From Candidatus Woesearchaeota archaeon (lineage in GTDB: Archaea > Nanobdellota > Nanobdellia > Woesearchaeales > ARS49), in NCBI GenBank assembly GCA_038850615.1, contig JAWCLR010000001.1:16637-80636 (forward strand): DNA of 64,000 bases, written 5' to 3'. The translations under genes and the position numbers were made by a program. Under the pieces are notes generated by a model that was given only the letters and a program-made list of their open reading frames with translations, was not told the origin of the DNA and ran no database searches. Position 1 is the first letter of the stretch; the number at the start of each line of letters is the position of its first letter. Shown piece by piece: positions 19,981-29,290 of the stretch.

Positions 19981-20517
19981 TTATGTTGTTCCGCTGCCTG
20001 CTGCTTTTGCAGCTGCTGACCTTCTGACTCCCATCACCTTCCCCTTGTTCTTGCGGAAGTTGCTTCTTGTGCGCTGCCCCCTTACTGGCTGTCCGAGAAT
20101 GTGCCTTATGCCCTTATAGCACTTGATCTTCTTCATGGTCCTGATGTCATTCTCGATTGTGAACTGCAAATCGCCTGCGAGCAAATGCCTATGCTGTCCG
20201 GTTTCTGTGTCAAAGCACCTGTTAACCATCCATGGTGGAAGCCCTGCCTTTATCGGGTTCTTTATGATTTCCTCAACTTTTTGCAATTCTGCATCAGTGA
20301 GTGCTCCTGCTTTTTTGTTGACGTCAATGCCTGCCATCCTGCACGCCGCGTGCGCAAATGGTATTCCAACCCCTTTGATGTAGTTGAGGGCGTATGCTAT
20401 TGTTTTTTTGCCGTCAAGGTCTGTGTTTGCTATGCGGACCAGGTGCTTTATTTCCGGAGCAGATGATGCTGCCGACTGTGAGGGTGCTCCTGCCTTTGAT
20501 GTTTGTGGTTCTGCCAT
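19981..20517 (-). CDS. rps13: 30S ribosomal protein S13 (uS13)
   Basis: 178 aa. IKHLVRIANTDLDGKKTIAYALNYIKGVG...RGQRTRSNFRKNKG. Confidence 0.9.
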   Translation of the reverse strand: MAEPQTSKAGAPSQSAASSAPEIKHLVRIANTDLDGKKTIAYALNYIKGVGIPFAHAACRMAGIDVNKKAGALTDAELQKVEEIIKNPIKAGLPPWMVNRCFDTETGQHRHLLAGDLQFTIENDIRTMKKIKCYKGIRHILGQPVRGQRTRSNFRKNKGKVMGVRRSAAAKAAGSGTT

Positions 20518-20788
20518 TTTGCGTTATTATCCCCGACAGAATTAAACCAGAAACTCTGGCTTAACCCTACCATCGCCCAGACATCTTTGTCAGGACTCGG
20601 GCTAATATTTCAAAAAAAGAACGCAGTCCCTTTATAAAGCTTGCGGGAAAACGGTTGATGGTTTGTCTGTGCTCCATGAGTGTTGAGGAAGCGAAGCTTT
20701 CTCAACGTGTTTGGCAGTCCTCGGCTGTAGGCATACCCAATTATTAAGATAGTTTTTTAAAGATTGTAAATGTCGATTCTCATTCAAT

Positions 20789-20860
20789 GGCGACCTTAGT
20801 ATAATGGTAGTACGGGGGACTGTGGCTCCCCAGGCTCGGGTTCGATTCCCGGAGGTCGCC
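20789..20860 (+). tRNA. tRNA-His (anticodon GUG) with genomically encoded G-1
   Basis: G-1 plus GCGACCU...GGGGA-CUGUGGC-UCCCC...UCGGGUUCGAUUCCCGG-AGGUCGC-C. G-1 pairs with C73. A/T-rich box TTTTTTAAAG lies about 30 nt upstream. Confidence 0.85.
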
Positions 20861-20935
20861 TTCAATTCAGGGAGCAATCTCTGCAACTTAGGGACCTGCC
20901 AACGAGTGAAGTGAAATTGCCTTCCTGAAGTCGTC

Positions 20936-21448
20936 TTACAATCTCTTTTCTTTCAAGTGGGGAAAATGCTTAAACAGGTATGGCAGAACAAAAGCAACAA
21001 CATAGGTCATGCTTACGCCTAAAGGATTATGCGCAGGGGTTGGCAATTGCAATAAAATTTCCAGCTTGTTGGAAAAGTGGGCTATCAAGTAAATGTTAAT
21101 CAGCGCAAGCGCGGGTATGAATGCGCCCGCGATTATGTGTTGTCCTTCATTCAGTTTTTCTATGTAGCCAATTATTATGTTAAACAAGAGCCCGAATGTG
21201 ATTCCGACTGCAAAGACTGTGAAATAAAGCCCGAGGCCTCTGAGCAAGAGGAGGAATGGCACGAGAACCACGCTTATTATCAGGTTGCCGAATATTGCAA
21301 CCAGAAGGGCAACCCAGAACACCGAATGTTCGAGGAACTGCATTGAAGGGCTTTTGGATGCTTCTGCATGGGCAAGGATGTCTGCTGTTTTTCTGGCTTC
21401 GTTCCTGCCCCAACCTTTTTGCCTTAGTATTGTTTCGGCGTCATTCAT
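20936..21448 (-). CDS. hypothetical membrane protein (about 4 TM helices)
   Basis: 170-aa ORF with hydrophobic helices. Confidence 0.5.
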   Translation of the reverse strand: MNDAETILRQKGWGRNEARKTADILAHAEASKSPSMQFLEHSVFWVALLVAIFGNLIISVVLVPFLLLLRGLGLYFTVFAVGITFGLLFNIIIGYIEKLNEGQHIIAGAFIPALALINIYLIAHFSNKLEILLQLPTPAHNPLGVSMTYVVAFVLPYLFKHFPHLKEKRL

Positions 21449-21458
21449 TGCGAATTCG

Positions 21459-21923
21459 CTACCTGCTTTCTATCATTTGTTCTATTATTGACAAAAATTC
21501 TTTGGTTTTGTGGAAGTAATCGCTTATTATGTCTATCGTTATTTCCACGTGGTTTGTGTCAAGTGCCGCTTTCATCGTGACATGCCTGCGGTATTCCTGT
21601 GCGCGGTCAAAATGCGCCTTGTCAAGTTTTCTTAAAAGGAGGTAGAAGTTGAGGTAGTGCTTGATGTTGGCATCATCAGGGTATGACTTTTTGAGCGCCT
21701 CAACCTTCAGTCTCGGCAGTGTCGGCACAGCAGGCACCTTGTTTTCCTTTTTCGCGAGGTAAAGCAGTGCGTCGATTGCTGCGTCGAGTGTTGCTATCAG
21801 GCGTTGGATTATGCTTTTCAGGACGTCAACTGTGCGGGTGTATTTGAGGCTAACATAAATGAGGTGGTCTGCCCTTTTCAATTCCTGCCTGGCACGTTCA
21901 AGTGCTTCGCGCGTACTGGTCAT
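21459..21923 (-). CDS. hypothetical alpha-helical protein
   Basis: 154 aa, helical. Stop overlaps the NAC gene region. No recognisable family motif. Confidence 0.5.
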   Translation of the reverse strand: MTSTREALERARQELKRADHLIYVSLKYTRTVDVLKSIIQRLIATLDAAIDALLYLAKKENKVPAVPTLPRLKVEALKKSYPDDANIKHYLNFYLLLRKLDKAHFDRAQEYRRHVTMKAALDTNHVEITIDIISDYFHKTKEFLSIIEQMIESR

Positions 21924-22255
21924 GCCTTGCTTAACTCAAGGATGGCTTCGGCAAGGTCTCCTTTGTGCTTCTTGATTGCGTCAAGCGCTGTCTCACGATC
22001 GACTTTTGCCTGTTCCATCACCGTCTTTATGTCTTCCTCACTTATTGTTGGCTCCCGAAGTCTTTCCTCGGGCTCCCCTGTGACTTGGAATGAGAGCTGT
22101 CCCATCGCGTTGACTTTTGTAACATGGGGATCGCTAAAGATGAGGTCCTTATCAGGGAGCCTCATTATCACTTCGTGAACTTCCAGCTCTTCCTGTTGTA
22201 TGCCGAGGCGCTTCATCGCCTTGGCAAGGTCTTTGGGATTCATTCCTGGGAACAT
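21920..22255 (-). CDS. nac: nascent polypeptide-associated complex protein (NAC alpha, archaeal)
   Basis: Starts MFPGMNPKDLAKAMKRLGIQ (internal Met of the track ORF). C-terminal UBA-like EEDIKTVMEQAKVDRETALDAIKKHKGDLAEAILEL. Confidence 0.8.
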   Translation of the reverse strand: MFPGMNPKDLAKAMKRLGIQQEELEVHEVIMRLPDKDLIFSDPHVTKVNAMGQLSFQVTGEPEERLREPTISEEDIKTVMEQAKVDRETALDAIKKHKGDLAEAILELSKA

Positions 22256-22256
22256 G

Positions 22257-22433
22257 TCACAAACCAAGCAGTGTGCTTCCGTACGCGTTTAAGAGAATGA
22301 TTAACAGCATTACGACCACAGCCATAACTATTACATATGCCGGCTTTATCTCTATCTTGCTCCTGTAGTCTTCGAAATACCGCGTCAGCCCTGCGGTTGA
22401 CGCTGGCATTGACACGCGGTTCTTGTCACTCAT
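22257..22433 (-). CDS. secG: preprotein translocase subunit Sec61-beta (archaeal SecG)
   Basis: 58-aa ORF missed by the track: MSDKNRVSMPASTAGLTRYFEDYRSKIEIKPAYVIVMAVVVMLLIILLNAYGSTLLGL. Carries the GL(I/T)RY motif and a C-terminal TM helix. Its stop is 1 nt before the NAC start. Confidence 0.65.
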   Translation of the reverse strand: MSDKNRVSMPASTAGLTRYFEDYRSKIEIKPAYVIVMAVVVMLLIILLNAYGSTLLGL

Positions 22434-22482
22434 TTTCCGATTCTCCTTTTTTCCGGTTTTCCGGGTTTTGTGTTAACGAAAA

Positions 22483-22884
22483 GGCGGGTTGGGACCGCGT
22501 AAGCTTCCTTTTGTCCGCCTCCTGCAAACTCGATATCAACCGAGTTCCGAGGTTACGAGCCTCGTGGACAGGCGGTTTTGGCATTCTACTAAGCACGGGA
22601 AATTCCCGCTTGCACCAGCCAGTTCCTCGCCGTTTCACCCATTCCCAAGAGAACGTCAGTCGGTTATCTGACTCCTGTCGCCAGGAGCTTCTCGGACATC
22701 ATCCTCCTCATGGGCGGTCTCGTTTCTGTGCGGTTTGCCATCCATTGCTGGATCTCCCTTACAGGAGTGGCATTTTGCTTATAGGCTCGCAAAAGCCCAT
22801 AAGCGGTGGGAAGACTTTCCTCAGCGAATACTTGGCGCTATGCCGAAGCATTCACCGACAGCCAAAGTCGGTCCCAACCCAATA
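22483..22884 (-). ncRNA. rnpB: RNase P RNA (archaeal type-A-like)
   Basis: Minus strand. 12-bp P1 helix GGGUUGGGACCG (22869-22880) with CGGUCCCAACCC (22486-22497). CR-I-like GCUGAGGAAAGUCUUCC. GGGUGAAACGGCGAGG block. CR-V-like GGAACUCGGUUGA. U-tract after the 3' end. The only ORF over it is a low-complexity plus-strand artefact. Confidence 0.7.
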
Positions 22885-22966
22885 AGAGTAGTGAAATTGG
22901 TGTTTATAAACTTATCGTGCGTTCAGAAGAACAAGCTTTATATTTTGCGACTAAGGAAATAGTTGC

Positions 22967-23206
22967 ATGAACCCGCAGGAAGCATACAAAAAGCTTGTTT
23001 TGATGTACAGCAGCCGTCTTAACATTCTTTTATTTGAAATTCAAAAATTGAGGTATGATGTTGGAACTCGTGAGCCAATGCTTTCTGACAAAAAGGTTGC
23101 AAAAGCGCTTATGCTGGACTACAAGACTTTGCGTGAAAGAGTTAGGCGTTATTCTAGACTTATTGCACAAGAACAAGAATCTTCCACTCTTCCTTTCCCT
23201 GCTTGA
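22967..23206 (+). CDS. hypothetical small protein
   Basis: 79-aa ORF with ATG start. 3' end overlaps a convergent gene. Weak support. Confidence 0.3.
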   Translation: MNPQEAYKKLVLMYSSRLNILLFEIQKLRYDVGTREPMLSDKKVAKALMLDYKTLRERVRRYSRLIAQEQESSTLPFPA

Positions 23207-24206
23207 TTGTTCTTTCGTGCTCTACAGAAAATTCTTTTGCTGCCTGTTTGTATTCCTCTGCCCCTTGCCTTAGCACAAGAGCTATTTTGCCGTTTTTCTT
23301 CAGAATGGCTTTTGCTCTTTCAAAGAAAAGCAGTGCTTGTTTTCTGAATTTTTCAAGTGGAAAACTGGTTGTCAACTCTGCTGGCTGCGTTACTATTAAG
23401 TCAATTGAATTCTTTTCAAATTTTAGGTCAAGCCAGTCAATTGCTGTTCTTGAGAAATCAATTGCTTTAACGACTCCTGCTATTTTTGCGTTTTTTCTTG
23501 TTGCCTGCACTGATGGGAACTGCTCTGAAATGGCTATTATCTGCCCGCTTGTTTTGTCTTTTATGGCCAAATCCTGCTTTTTGAAGAAATTTTCAAAATC
23601 GAATTCCTTGAACACCTTAAGCATTGGCATTTTGTCTTTTGAGTAATACTTGACAGGCAGCCCCAGCGCGTGCAGTGCTGCTTCTATGGCTATGCTTCCT
23701 GCTCTGCAGTTTGGGTCGAGAAGCGTCTTTTCGCCGTCGTATCCTGCCAGCTTCAGGGTGGCAAATGCTGTTATTCCTGTTATTGTTTCCCTGCCGACAA
23801 AAATCCTGTAGTCGCGCTTTGAGATGTCGCCTGTAAGGTCTATTCCAAGCCAGTAATAATCATCCTCAAAGTGCAAATAAAACGGAATATCTGCGTTCTT
23901 GTACACCTTGTTTGCCTTTATGTGTTCAGATAGCTCGTTTGCTTTTGTTGTCGTCTTGCCGTTGATTGATATCGTGCCTTTCAAGTATTGTGCAGGTATG
24001 CTTAATTCGTTGATTTTCCCTTCGCTGACAATAAGAATAACCCTCCAAACACTTTGTGCCTTGTAACAAACAGTAAAAATCTGCTCGAGTTCTGCTTCAA
24101 AAACAACCCCTTCTGCTGTTTGTTTTCCTGTTATGCCTGTTAGTTGTTTTATTTCTTCAGAACAAACATCAGAAAGCCCAGGTAGTGTTATTGCGAGCGC
24201 CTTCAT
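23160..24206 (-). CDS. THUMP-domain RNA methyltransferase (Trm14/RlmL-like) with divergent catalytic motifs
   Basis: 348 aa. THUMP-like N-terminal half. [14 protein letters not shown] corresponds to the DPMCGSGT motif. No clean NPPY/DPPY tetrapeptide. Confidence 0.6.
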   Translation of the reverse strand: MKALAITLPGLSDVCSEEIKQLTGITGKQTAEGVVFEAELEQIFTVCYKAQSVWRVILIVSEGKINELSIPAQYLKGTISINGKTTTKANELSEHIKANKVYKNADIPFYLHFEDDYYWLGIDLTGDISKRDYRIFVGRETITGITAFATLKLAGYDGEKTLLDPNCRAGSIAIEAALHALGLPVKYYSKDKMPMLKVFKEFDFENFFKKQDLAIKDKTSGQIIAISEQFPSVQATRKNAKIAGVVKAIDFSRTAIDWLDLKFEKNSIDLIVTQPAELTTSFPLEKFRKQALLFFERAKAILKKNGKIALVLRQGAEEYKQAAKEFSVEHERTIKQGKEEWKILVLVQ

Positions 24207-26674
24207 TGTGCTCCATTGCCGTTTTCTTTTTCCTGGACAACTGCTATAGAAGTGACTTTGTCTCCTTCCCCAAGTTTTATTATCCTGACTCCTTGCGTGT
24301 TCCTTCCTATCTCTGAAATCTGGTTTGCTGGCACGCGTATTGCTATTCCGCTTTGTGTTATGAGGAGCAGTTGGTCGTCATCTTTTACTGTCTTTATTGC
24401 GACTGCCTTCCCGTTTTTGTCTGTTACCTTAATGTTAATGACTCCAACTCCGCCCCGCTTTATCGTACCGTATTCGTCAAATGCGGTTCTTTTTCCATAT
24501 CCGAGCTCTGTCACGGTTAATAGCGTCTTTTCTTTTTGCGCCAGCACCGCTCCAATGACCTCGTCTTTCTCCCTCAGCCGTATTCCTATGACTCCTTGTG
24601 CTGTTCTTCCCATGGGTCTCACGTCTGCCTCGTTGAACCTGATTGCGTTTCCGTTTTTGGTTGCGATTATCACGTCCTGCTTTCCATCTGTCAGTTCAAC
24701 TGCTATTAATTCATCGCCTTCTGTAAGTGTTACTGCAATTATTCCTCCTTTGCGCGGGTTTGCGAACTCTGAAAGCGGTGTTTTTTTGACCGTCCCCTGT
24801 TTTGTCACCAGGAAGAGGAATTTGTCTTCTGGGAATTCTTTTACTGGCACGCAGGTTGCGACTTTTTCCCCTTGTGCGAGTTCTACAAGGTTTACTATTG
24901 CTGTTCCTTTTGCATACCTTCCTGCTTCTGGTATCTGGTAGACCTTAAGCCAGTGTACTTTGCCAAGGTTGGTGAATAATAGCAGATAATCATGGGTGTT
25001 TGCTATGAAAAGGTCTTCTATAAAGTCTTCTTCTTTTGTTTCTGCTGCGATGACGCCTTTCCCCCCTCTTCTTTGCGCATGGTATGTGTCCACAGGCAGT
25101 CTTTTGACGTATCCTGCGTGCGTGAGCGTGACTACCATATCTTCTGGTTTTATGAGGTGTTCTTCCTCTATTTCCTTGGCTTCTGTCTGTATGATCTGTG
25201 TTTTTCTGTTGTCGCCGTAGTTCTTTGCGAGCTCCAGCATTTCATTCTTGATTATGTTGAGTATTTTTTGCGGGTCTGCAAGAATGCTCTTGAGTTCAGC
25301 AATGAGTTTTAGCAGTCCTGCGTGTTCTTCTTTTATCTTGTTCTGCTCAAGGGAGGTGAGCCTTGAGAGTTTCATTTCAAGGATTGCCTGCGCCTGCACT
25401 TCTGTAAGTTTGTAATCGGTTATGAGTCCTGCTTTTGCTGTTGCTGTGTCCTTGCTTTTTTTCAGGAATGCTATTATTGGGTCTATGTTGTTCAGGGCGA
25501 CAATGAGTCCTTCTAGGATGTGTGCTTTTTTCTCTGCTTCCTTGAGGTCAAATGCTGTCCTTTTGCGAACGACTTCCTGCCTGTGAAGAAGGAATTTTTC
25601 AAGCAATGACTTCAGGGGCATTATCTTGGGCTCGTTGTTGTCAAGGGCGAGCATTATTATTCCAAAAGTGGTCTGCAGGCGGGAGTGTTGGAATAACTGG
25701 TTCAGCACAACATCGGTATTTGCGCCTGTTTTTAGCTCAATGACTATGCGCATTCCTTCCCTGTCTGATTCATCGCGGAGGTCAGAAATTCCTTGTACTT
25801 TTTTGTCCTTGACGAGGGTTGCAATTTCCTCTATAAGTTGTGCCTTGTTTACCATGTAAGGTATTTCTGTTACGATTATTCTTTGCCTTTGCCTGAAGTC
25901 CTCTATGCTTGTTCTTGCTCTTACTGTTATTTTGCCTCTTCCTGTCGCGTATGCCTCTTTTATTCCTGATGTGCCGAGGATTATTCCTCCTGTTGGGAAG
26001 TCAGGCGCAGGAATGTCGTGCATCAAGTCAGGTGTGGCGCATTCAGGATGGTCAATCAAGTGCACAACTGCGTTGCACACTTCCTTCAAATTGTGGGGCG
26101 GTATGTTTGTTGCCATTCCGACTGCGATTCCTGCTGAGCCGTTTACAAGAAGGTTTGGGACTTTGCTTGGCAGGACTAATGGTTCCTTGAGTGATTGGTC
26201 ATAGTTTGGCCCAAAGGGGACTGTTTCTTTTTCTATGTCCTGGAGCATTTCCTCTGCGATTTTTCTCAGTCTTGCTTCTGTGTAGCGCTGTGCTGCTGCA
26301 TTGTCTCCGTCTATTGAGCCAAAGTTTCCCTGGCCGTCAAAAAGAGGGTATCTCATTGAGAAGTCTTGTGCGAGTCTTACGAGTGCGTCATAGACTGCCA
26401 TGTCGCCGTGCGGGTGGTATTTGCCGAGCACGTCTCCTACTATGCGCGCGCTTTTCTTGAATGGCTTGTTATGCAGTAATCCCATTTCGTGCATTGCAAA
26501 AAGAATTCTTCTGTGGACAGGCTTGAGCCCGTCTCGCACGTCAGGCAGGGCTCTTCCGACAATCACTGACATTGAGTAGTCGAGATAGCTTTGTTTCATC
26601 TCGTCTTCAATGACTCGTGGCACTATTCTGTTCTTGCCGTTTGTTCCATTGACTGTTTCCGTTCCGTCTGCCAT
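24203..26674 (-). CDS. gyrA: DNA gyrase subunit A
   Basis: 823 aa. [32 protein letters not shown], the catalytic Tyr region ...[10 protein letters not shown]..., and the C-terminal beta-pinwheel repeats are all present. Confidence 0.9.
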   Translation of the reverse strand: MADGTETVNGTNGKNRIVPRVIEDEMKQSYLDYSMSVIVGRALPDVRDGLKPVHRRILFAMHEMGLLHNKPFKKSARIVGDVLGKYHPHGDMAVYDALVRLAQDFSMRYPLFDGQGNFGSIDGDNAAAQRYTEARLRKIAEEMLQDIEKETVPFGPNYDQSLKEPLVLPSKVPNLLVNGSAGIAVGMATNIPPHNLKEVCNAVVHLIDHPECATPDLMHDIPAPDFPTGGIILGTSGIKEAYATGRGKITVRARTSIEDFRQRQRIIVTEIPYMVNKAQLIEEIATLVKDKKVQGISDLRDESDREGMRIVIELKTGANTDVVLNQLFQHSRLQTTFGIIMLALDNNEPKIMPLKSLLEKFLLHRQEVVRKRTAFDLKEAEKKAHILEGLIVALNNIDPIIAFLKKSKDTATAKAGLITDYKLTEVQAQAILEMKLSRLTSLEQNKIKEEHAGLLKLIAELKSILADPQKILNIIKNEMLELAKNYGDNRKTQIIQTEAKEIEEEHLIKPEDMVVTLTHAGYVKRLPVDTYHAQRRGGKGVIAAETKEEDFIEDLFIANTHDYLLLFTNLGKVHWLKVYQIPEAGRYAKGTAIVNLVELAQGEKVATCVPVKEFPEDKFLFLVTKQGTVKKTPLSEFANPRKGGIIAVTLTEGDELIAVELTDGKQDVIIATKNGNAIRFNEADVRPMGRTAQGVIGIRLREKDEVIGAVLAQKEKTLLTVTELGYGKRTAFDEYGTIKRGGVGVINIKVTDKNGKAVAIKTVKDDDQLLLITQSGIAIRVPANQISEIGRNTQGVRIIKLGEGDKVTSIAVVQEKENGNGAQ

Positions 26675-26810
26675 GGTTTTTTGCCGTCGAGAAACTCCCC
26701 TTTTCCCGTCGATAAAACAAAATCAGGCGGGCTTTATAAGCCTTTCCTTTTTAAAACCGGTTTATAAGCCCCATAAACCTTGTTTTCAGTGGTTTTGGTT
26801 CGACGAGGAT

Positions 26811-26960
26811 TTAGAAAAGCTGTTTTACAATGCTGTTTTTTACCCTGAAATTCTTTCCGCAATAAACGCATTTCTTAATCTTATTCGTGAGTATGTTGTC
26901 TCTTGCCTCATACTTCATGTGGTGTCCGCATTTTGGGCATTTGAGTTCGAATCTTAGCAT
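26811..26960 (-). CDS. small zinc-ribbon protein
   Basis: MLRFELKCPKCGHHMKYEARDNILTNKIKKCVYCGKNFRVKNSIVKQLF (CxxC-n17-CxxC). The longer K/R-rich N-terminal extension in the track depends on a TTG start. Confidence 0.4.
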   Translation of the reverse strand: MLRFELKCPKCGHHMKYEARDNILTNKIKKCVYCGKNFRVKNSIVKQLF

Positions 26961-27246
26961 TTTAGTGGTGTTTCTTGTGTTTTTTTGGTTCTTCAGGAGG
27001 AGGAGCTCCGTGCTCTCCCTCAGCCGCTGCTTCTTCCTCTGTTTCTTCCTCAACAGGTTCTTTTTCAGCAGGCTCTTCTGCTTTCTCTTCCTCTTCAATA
27101 GGTTCCTCTGCAGGCATTTCTTCTTCTGGCCCTGGCTTTTCCCCTTCCACTATTTCTGCAACGCGGCGCTCTATTTTTTCCTCAATTTCTGGCGGCACTC
27201 CTTGCGGAAAAAGCCCTGTTGGCGTGTATTCTGTCTTGCGCGGTTT

Positions 27247-28119
27247 TTACTTTGCTGCTTCTTTCTTTATCTTCTCAACTGTTAATCTTCCTTCTTCCTC
27301 TATTTCCTCTTCTTCTGGTGTTGCTTCCGGGGTTTCAACCCCCGCCTCGCTGAGAATCTTTGCCGCGAGCGCTTCTGCTGCCGCTTCCTGTGTTTTTGGC
27401 TTTTCTTCTTCTGGCTTTTTGTGCTTGTGCTTTTTCTTTGGCTTTGGCGCTTCGCCGTATGTCTCAAGCTCTCCAACCTTGCCGTCAATAACTTCTATTT
27501 CTGGCGCGAGCTTTGGCAGTTCTTCTGTCACGACCTCAACTTTTGGCGTCTTTTCCTGCGCCGCCTCAATTATTGCCTTTTGCACCTGTTCTGCTGCTTT
27601 TTCCTTTTCTTCTATTGCCTTTTCAAGCTCTGCGACGTTCCTGAATTTCTCCTTCAGTTTTTCTGGAGGCACGTCAAAATAATCAAAGAATTTGGATGTT
27701 AGTTTGATGAGCTTGCTTCTTCCTTTTTTTTCCCTCGTAATATAGCCCATTTCCTCTATTTCGTCAAGGTGTCTGTATGCCTTGTTCGTGCGTATCTTTA
27801 TGACTTGGCTTTGCATTACCGGCGCTTTGTATGCAACAACCGCAAGTGTCTCCATCATGCTTTTGGGCAGTTCAGGGGTTGTAACAACTTTTTTGACCAT
27901 TGGCACGTATTTTTCCTTGACTGTTAGCTTGTAAGCCCCTCCTTCCTCAACAAGCATAAGTGAGCTTTGTTTTTCGTCAAGCTCTTTTTTAAGGAGTTCA
28001 AGGGCTGCTTTTACCGCGTTGAGGTTTTCTTCCTTGCACAGCCTTCCGAGCTCTTCAAGTGTGAGTTTTTTGCCTGCAGAGAACAGCAATGATTCTATCT
28101 GGTTTTTTAGTTCGCTCAT
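27247..28119 (-). CDS. scpB: segregation and condensation protein B (ScpB) with long E/K-rich C-terminal tail
   Basis: N-terminus MSELKNQIESLLFSAGKKLTLEELGRL..., then a second winged helix PVMQSQVIKIRTNKAYRHLDEIEEMGYI. About 110 aa of low-complexity tail follow. Confidence 0.75.
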   Translation of the reverse strand: MSELKNQIESLLFSAGKKLTLEELGRLCKEENLNAVKAALELLKKELDEKQSSLMLVEEGGAYKLTVKEKYVPMVKKVVTTPELPKSMMETLAVVAYKAPVMQSQVIKIRTNKAYRHLDEIEEMGYITREKKGRSKLIKLTSKFFDYFDVPPEKLKEKFRNVAELEKAIEEKEKAAEQVQKAIIEAAQEKTPKVEVVTEELPKLAPEIEVIDGKVGELETYGEAPKPKKKHKHKKPEEEKPKTQEAAAEALAAKILSEAGVETPEATPEEEEIEEEGRLTVEKIKKEAAK

Positions 28120-28676
28120 GGCATTGAGTAAGTGTCGCCTTCTTTTTTCAGTTTTTTCTCCTCAACAAGCTTGTTGAGGAACGGCTCGAGATTTGCGGGG
28201 TGGACTCCTACGTAGTGTGACATCTCGCTTGCTGTCTTGTGGCCGTGCTCCACCATTGCAATCAGGAACCTTCTGAATATGTTTGTCGCGTTTGCGTCCA
28301 GAATTTGCTGCTTTATCTTTCCTGCTTTGATTATTGCGTCTGCTTCGTGCAGCCTTGCCTGCAGGTCGTTCAGGAATCCGTTGAGCTTGTTCAAGGGTAT
28401 TGATAATTCTCCTGGCTCAACAACTTCCACAGAGCTTGGCATGCTCTCAAAGCAGAAGTCAAGCAGTTCTGCGAGGTCCTTGAATTTTATTTCCAACTCT
28501 GCGTGCGTGCCGAACACTTTGCCTTCATGTTCTGGTATTGCCTCTGCAATGTCTGACTTGAGTATTGTCTGTTCTTTCTTGAGCTTTTCCACGTAATCGC
28601 GCATTGTTTTCTCTATGTGTTCCTTTGGCGCTCCGAGCATTTCAATGACTACGCGTGCAAGAACTGCCTCTGCCAT
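28116..28676 (-). CDS. hypothetical protein translationally coupled to scpB (possible divergent kleisin; not canonical ScpA)
   Basis: 186 aa. Stop overlaps the scpB start by 4 nt. Helical N-half and winged-helix-like C-terminus. Lacks the ScpA N-terminal motif. Confidence 0.5.
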   Translation of the reverse strand: MAEAVLARVVIEMLGAPKEHIEKTMRDYVEKLKKEQTILKSDIAEAIPEHEGKVFGTHAELEIKFKDLAELLDFCFESMPSSVEVVEPGELSIPLNKLNGFLNDLQARLHEADAIIKAGKIKQQILDANATNIFRRFLIAMVEHGHKTASEMSHYVGVHPANLEPFLNKLVEEKKLKKEGDTYSMP

Positions 28677-28702
28677 AAACTAACCCTGCACCTGATGGTT
28701 AT

Positions 28703-29197
28703 TTATAAGTTTTGCTTGGTGTCAAGGGCAATCTGGAGGTTGCTAAGAACATAAGTTTTGTGTTTCTCAAATTCTGTGATGTATGAGTTTTTTGCATTTT
28801 CGTGTTTTTTCCTGTCAAATGCCCAAAGGTATTCCTTGTTCTTTTTCCTCTGGCAAGGCTCTAGCACTGAGTGCTTGCTTGCAAACCAGAATGCGGGAAA
28901 TACAAGCCGCAAGGTAGCTGTGCAGTCAGGCATTCCTGCCTTGACAAGGCAGTCCTTTAGGGCTAAGCATATGTCCGGATTGCCTTTTACTGAAGTATAG
29001 CCTGCCAGCATATCGTTTTCTTTAGCTAGATTTTCTTCTGTGTTATAGTCAAGGTAAGGTATTTGCTCGTAAATTCCTCTCCAAAGCATCTCGGCAAAAG
29101 ACATCAGGGTTTTGTTGTTCTTGTGCGCTTCTTTTGCGCCAGAAATGATTTCAGTCAAAGAAATGGCCTTTGGGATTCCTATTGCGTTTTCTCTCAT
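28703..29197 (-). CDS. hypothetical protein
   Basis: 164-aa ORF in the same orientation as scpB. Confidence 0.5.
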   Translation of the reverse strand: MRENAIGIPKAISLTEIISGAKEAHKNNKTLMSFAEMLWRGIYEQIPYLDYNTEENLAKENDMLAGYTSVKGNPDICLALKDCLVKAGMPDCTATLRLVFPAFWFASKHSVLEPCQRKKNKEYLWAFDRKKHENAKNSYITEFEKHKTYVLSNLQIALDTKQNL

Positions 29198-29290
29198 CTA
29201 AGAGAATATGTTCTGAATAATTTGGGTATTAAAGCTTTGTCGTAGTCAGGAATACATTTTGATACCATTCCTGAGTGCTAATAAAAGTTT

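Noticed and set aside
20632-20886. 84-aa minus-strand ORF
   Set aside because: Overlaps tRNA-His entirely.
22337-22885. 182-aa + strand ORF (MPALSLSCSCSLRNT...)
   Set aside because: Low-complexity translation lying exactly over the minus-strand RNase P RNA and the Sec61-beta gene.
26962-27198. 78-aa acidic ORF with GTG start between scpB and the zinc-ribbon gene
   Set aside because: Depends on a GTG start. Extreme low complexity in a compositionally biased region. Kept only as a finding, not a feature.
26887-27682. Plus-strand ORFs 26887-27285 and 26975-27682 (Ser/Phe-rich)
   Set aside because: Mirror-strand artefacts of the purine-rich E/K-coding minus strand (ScpB tail region).
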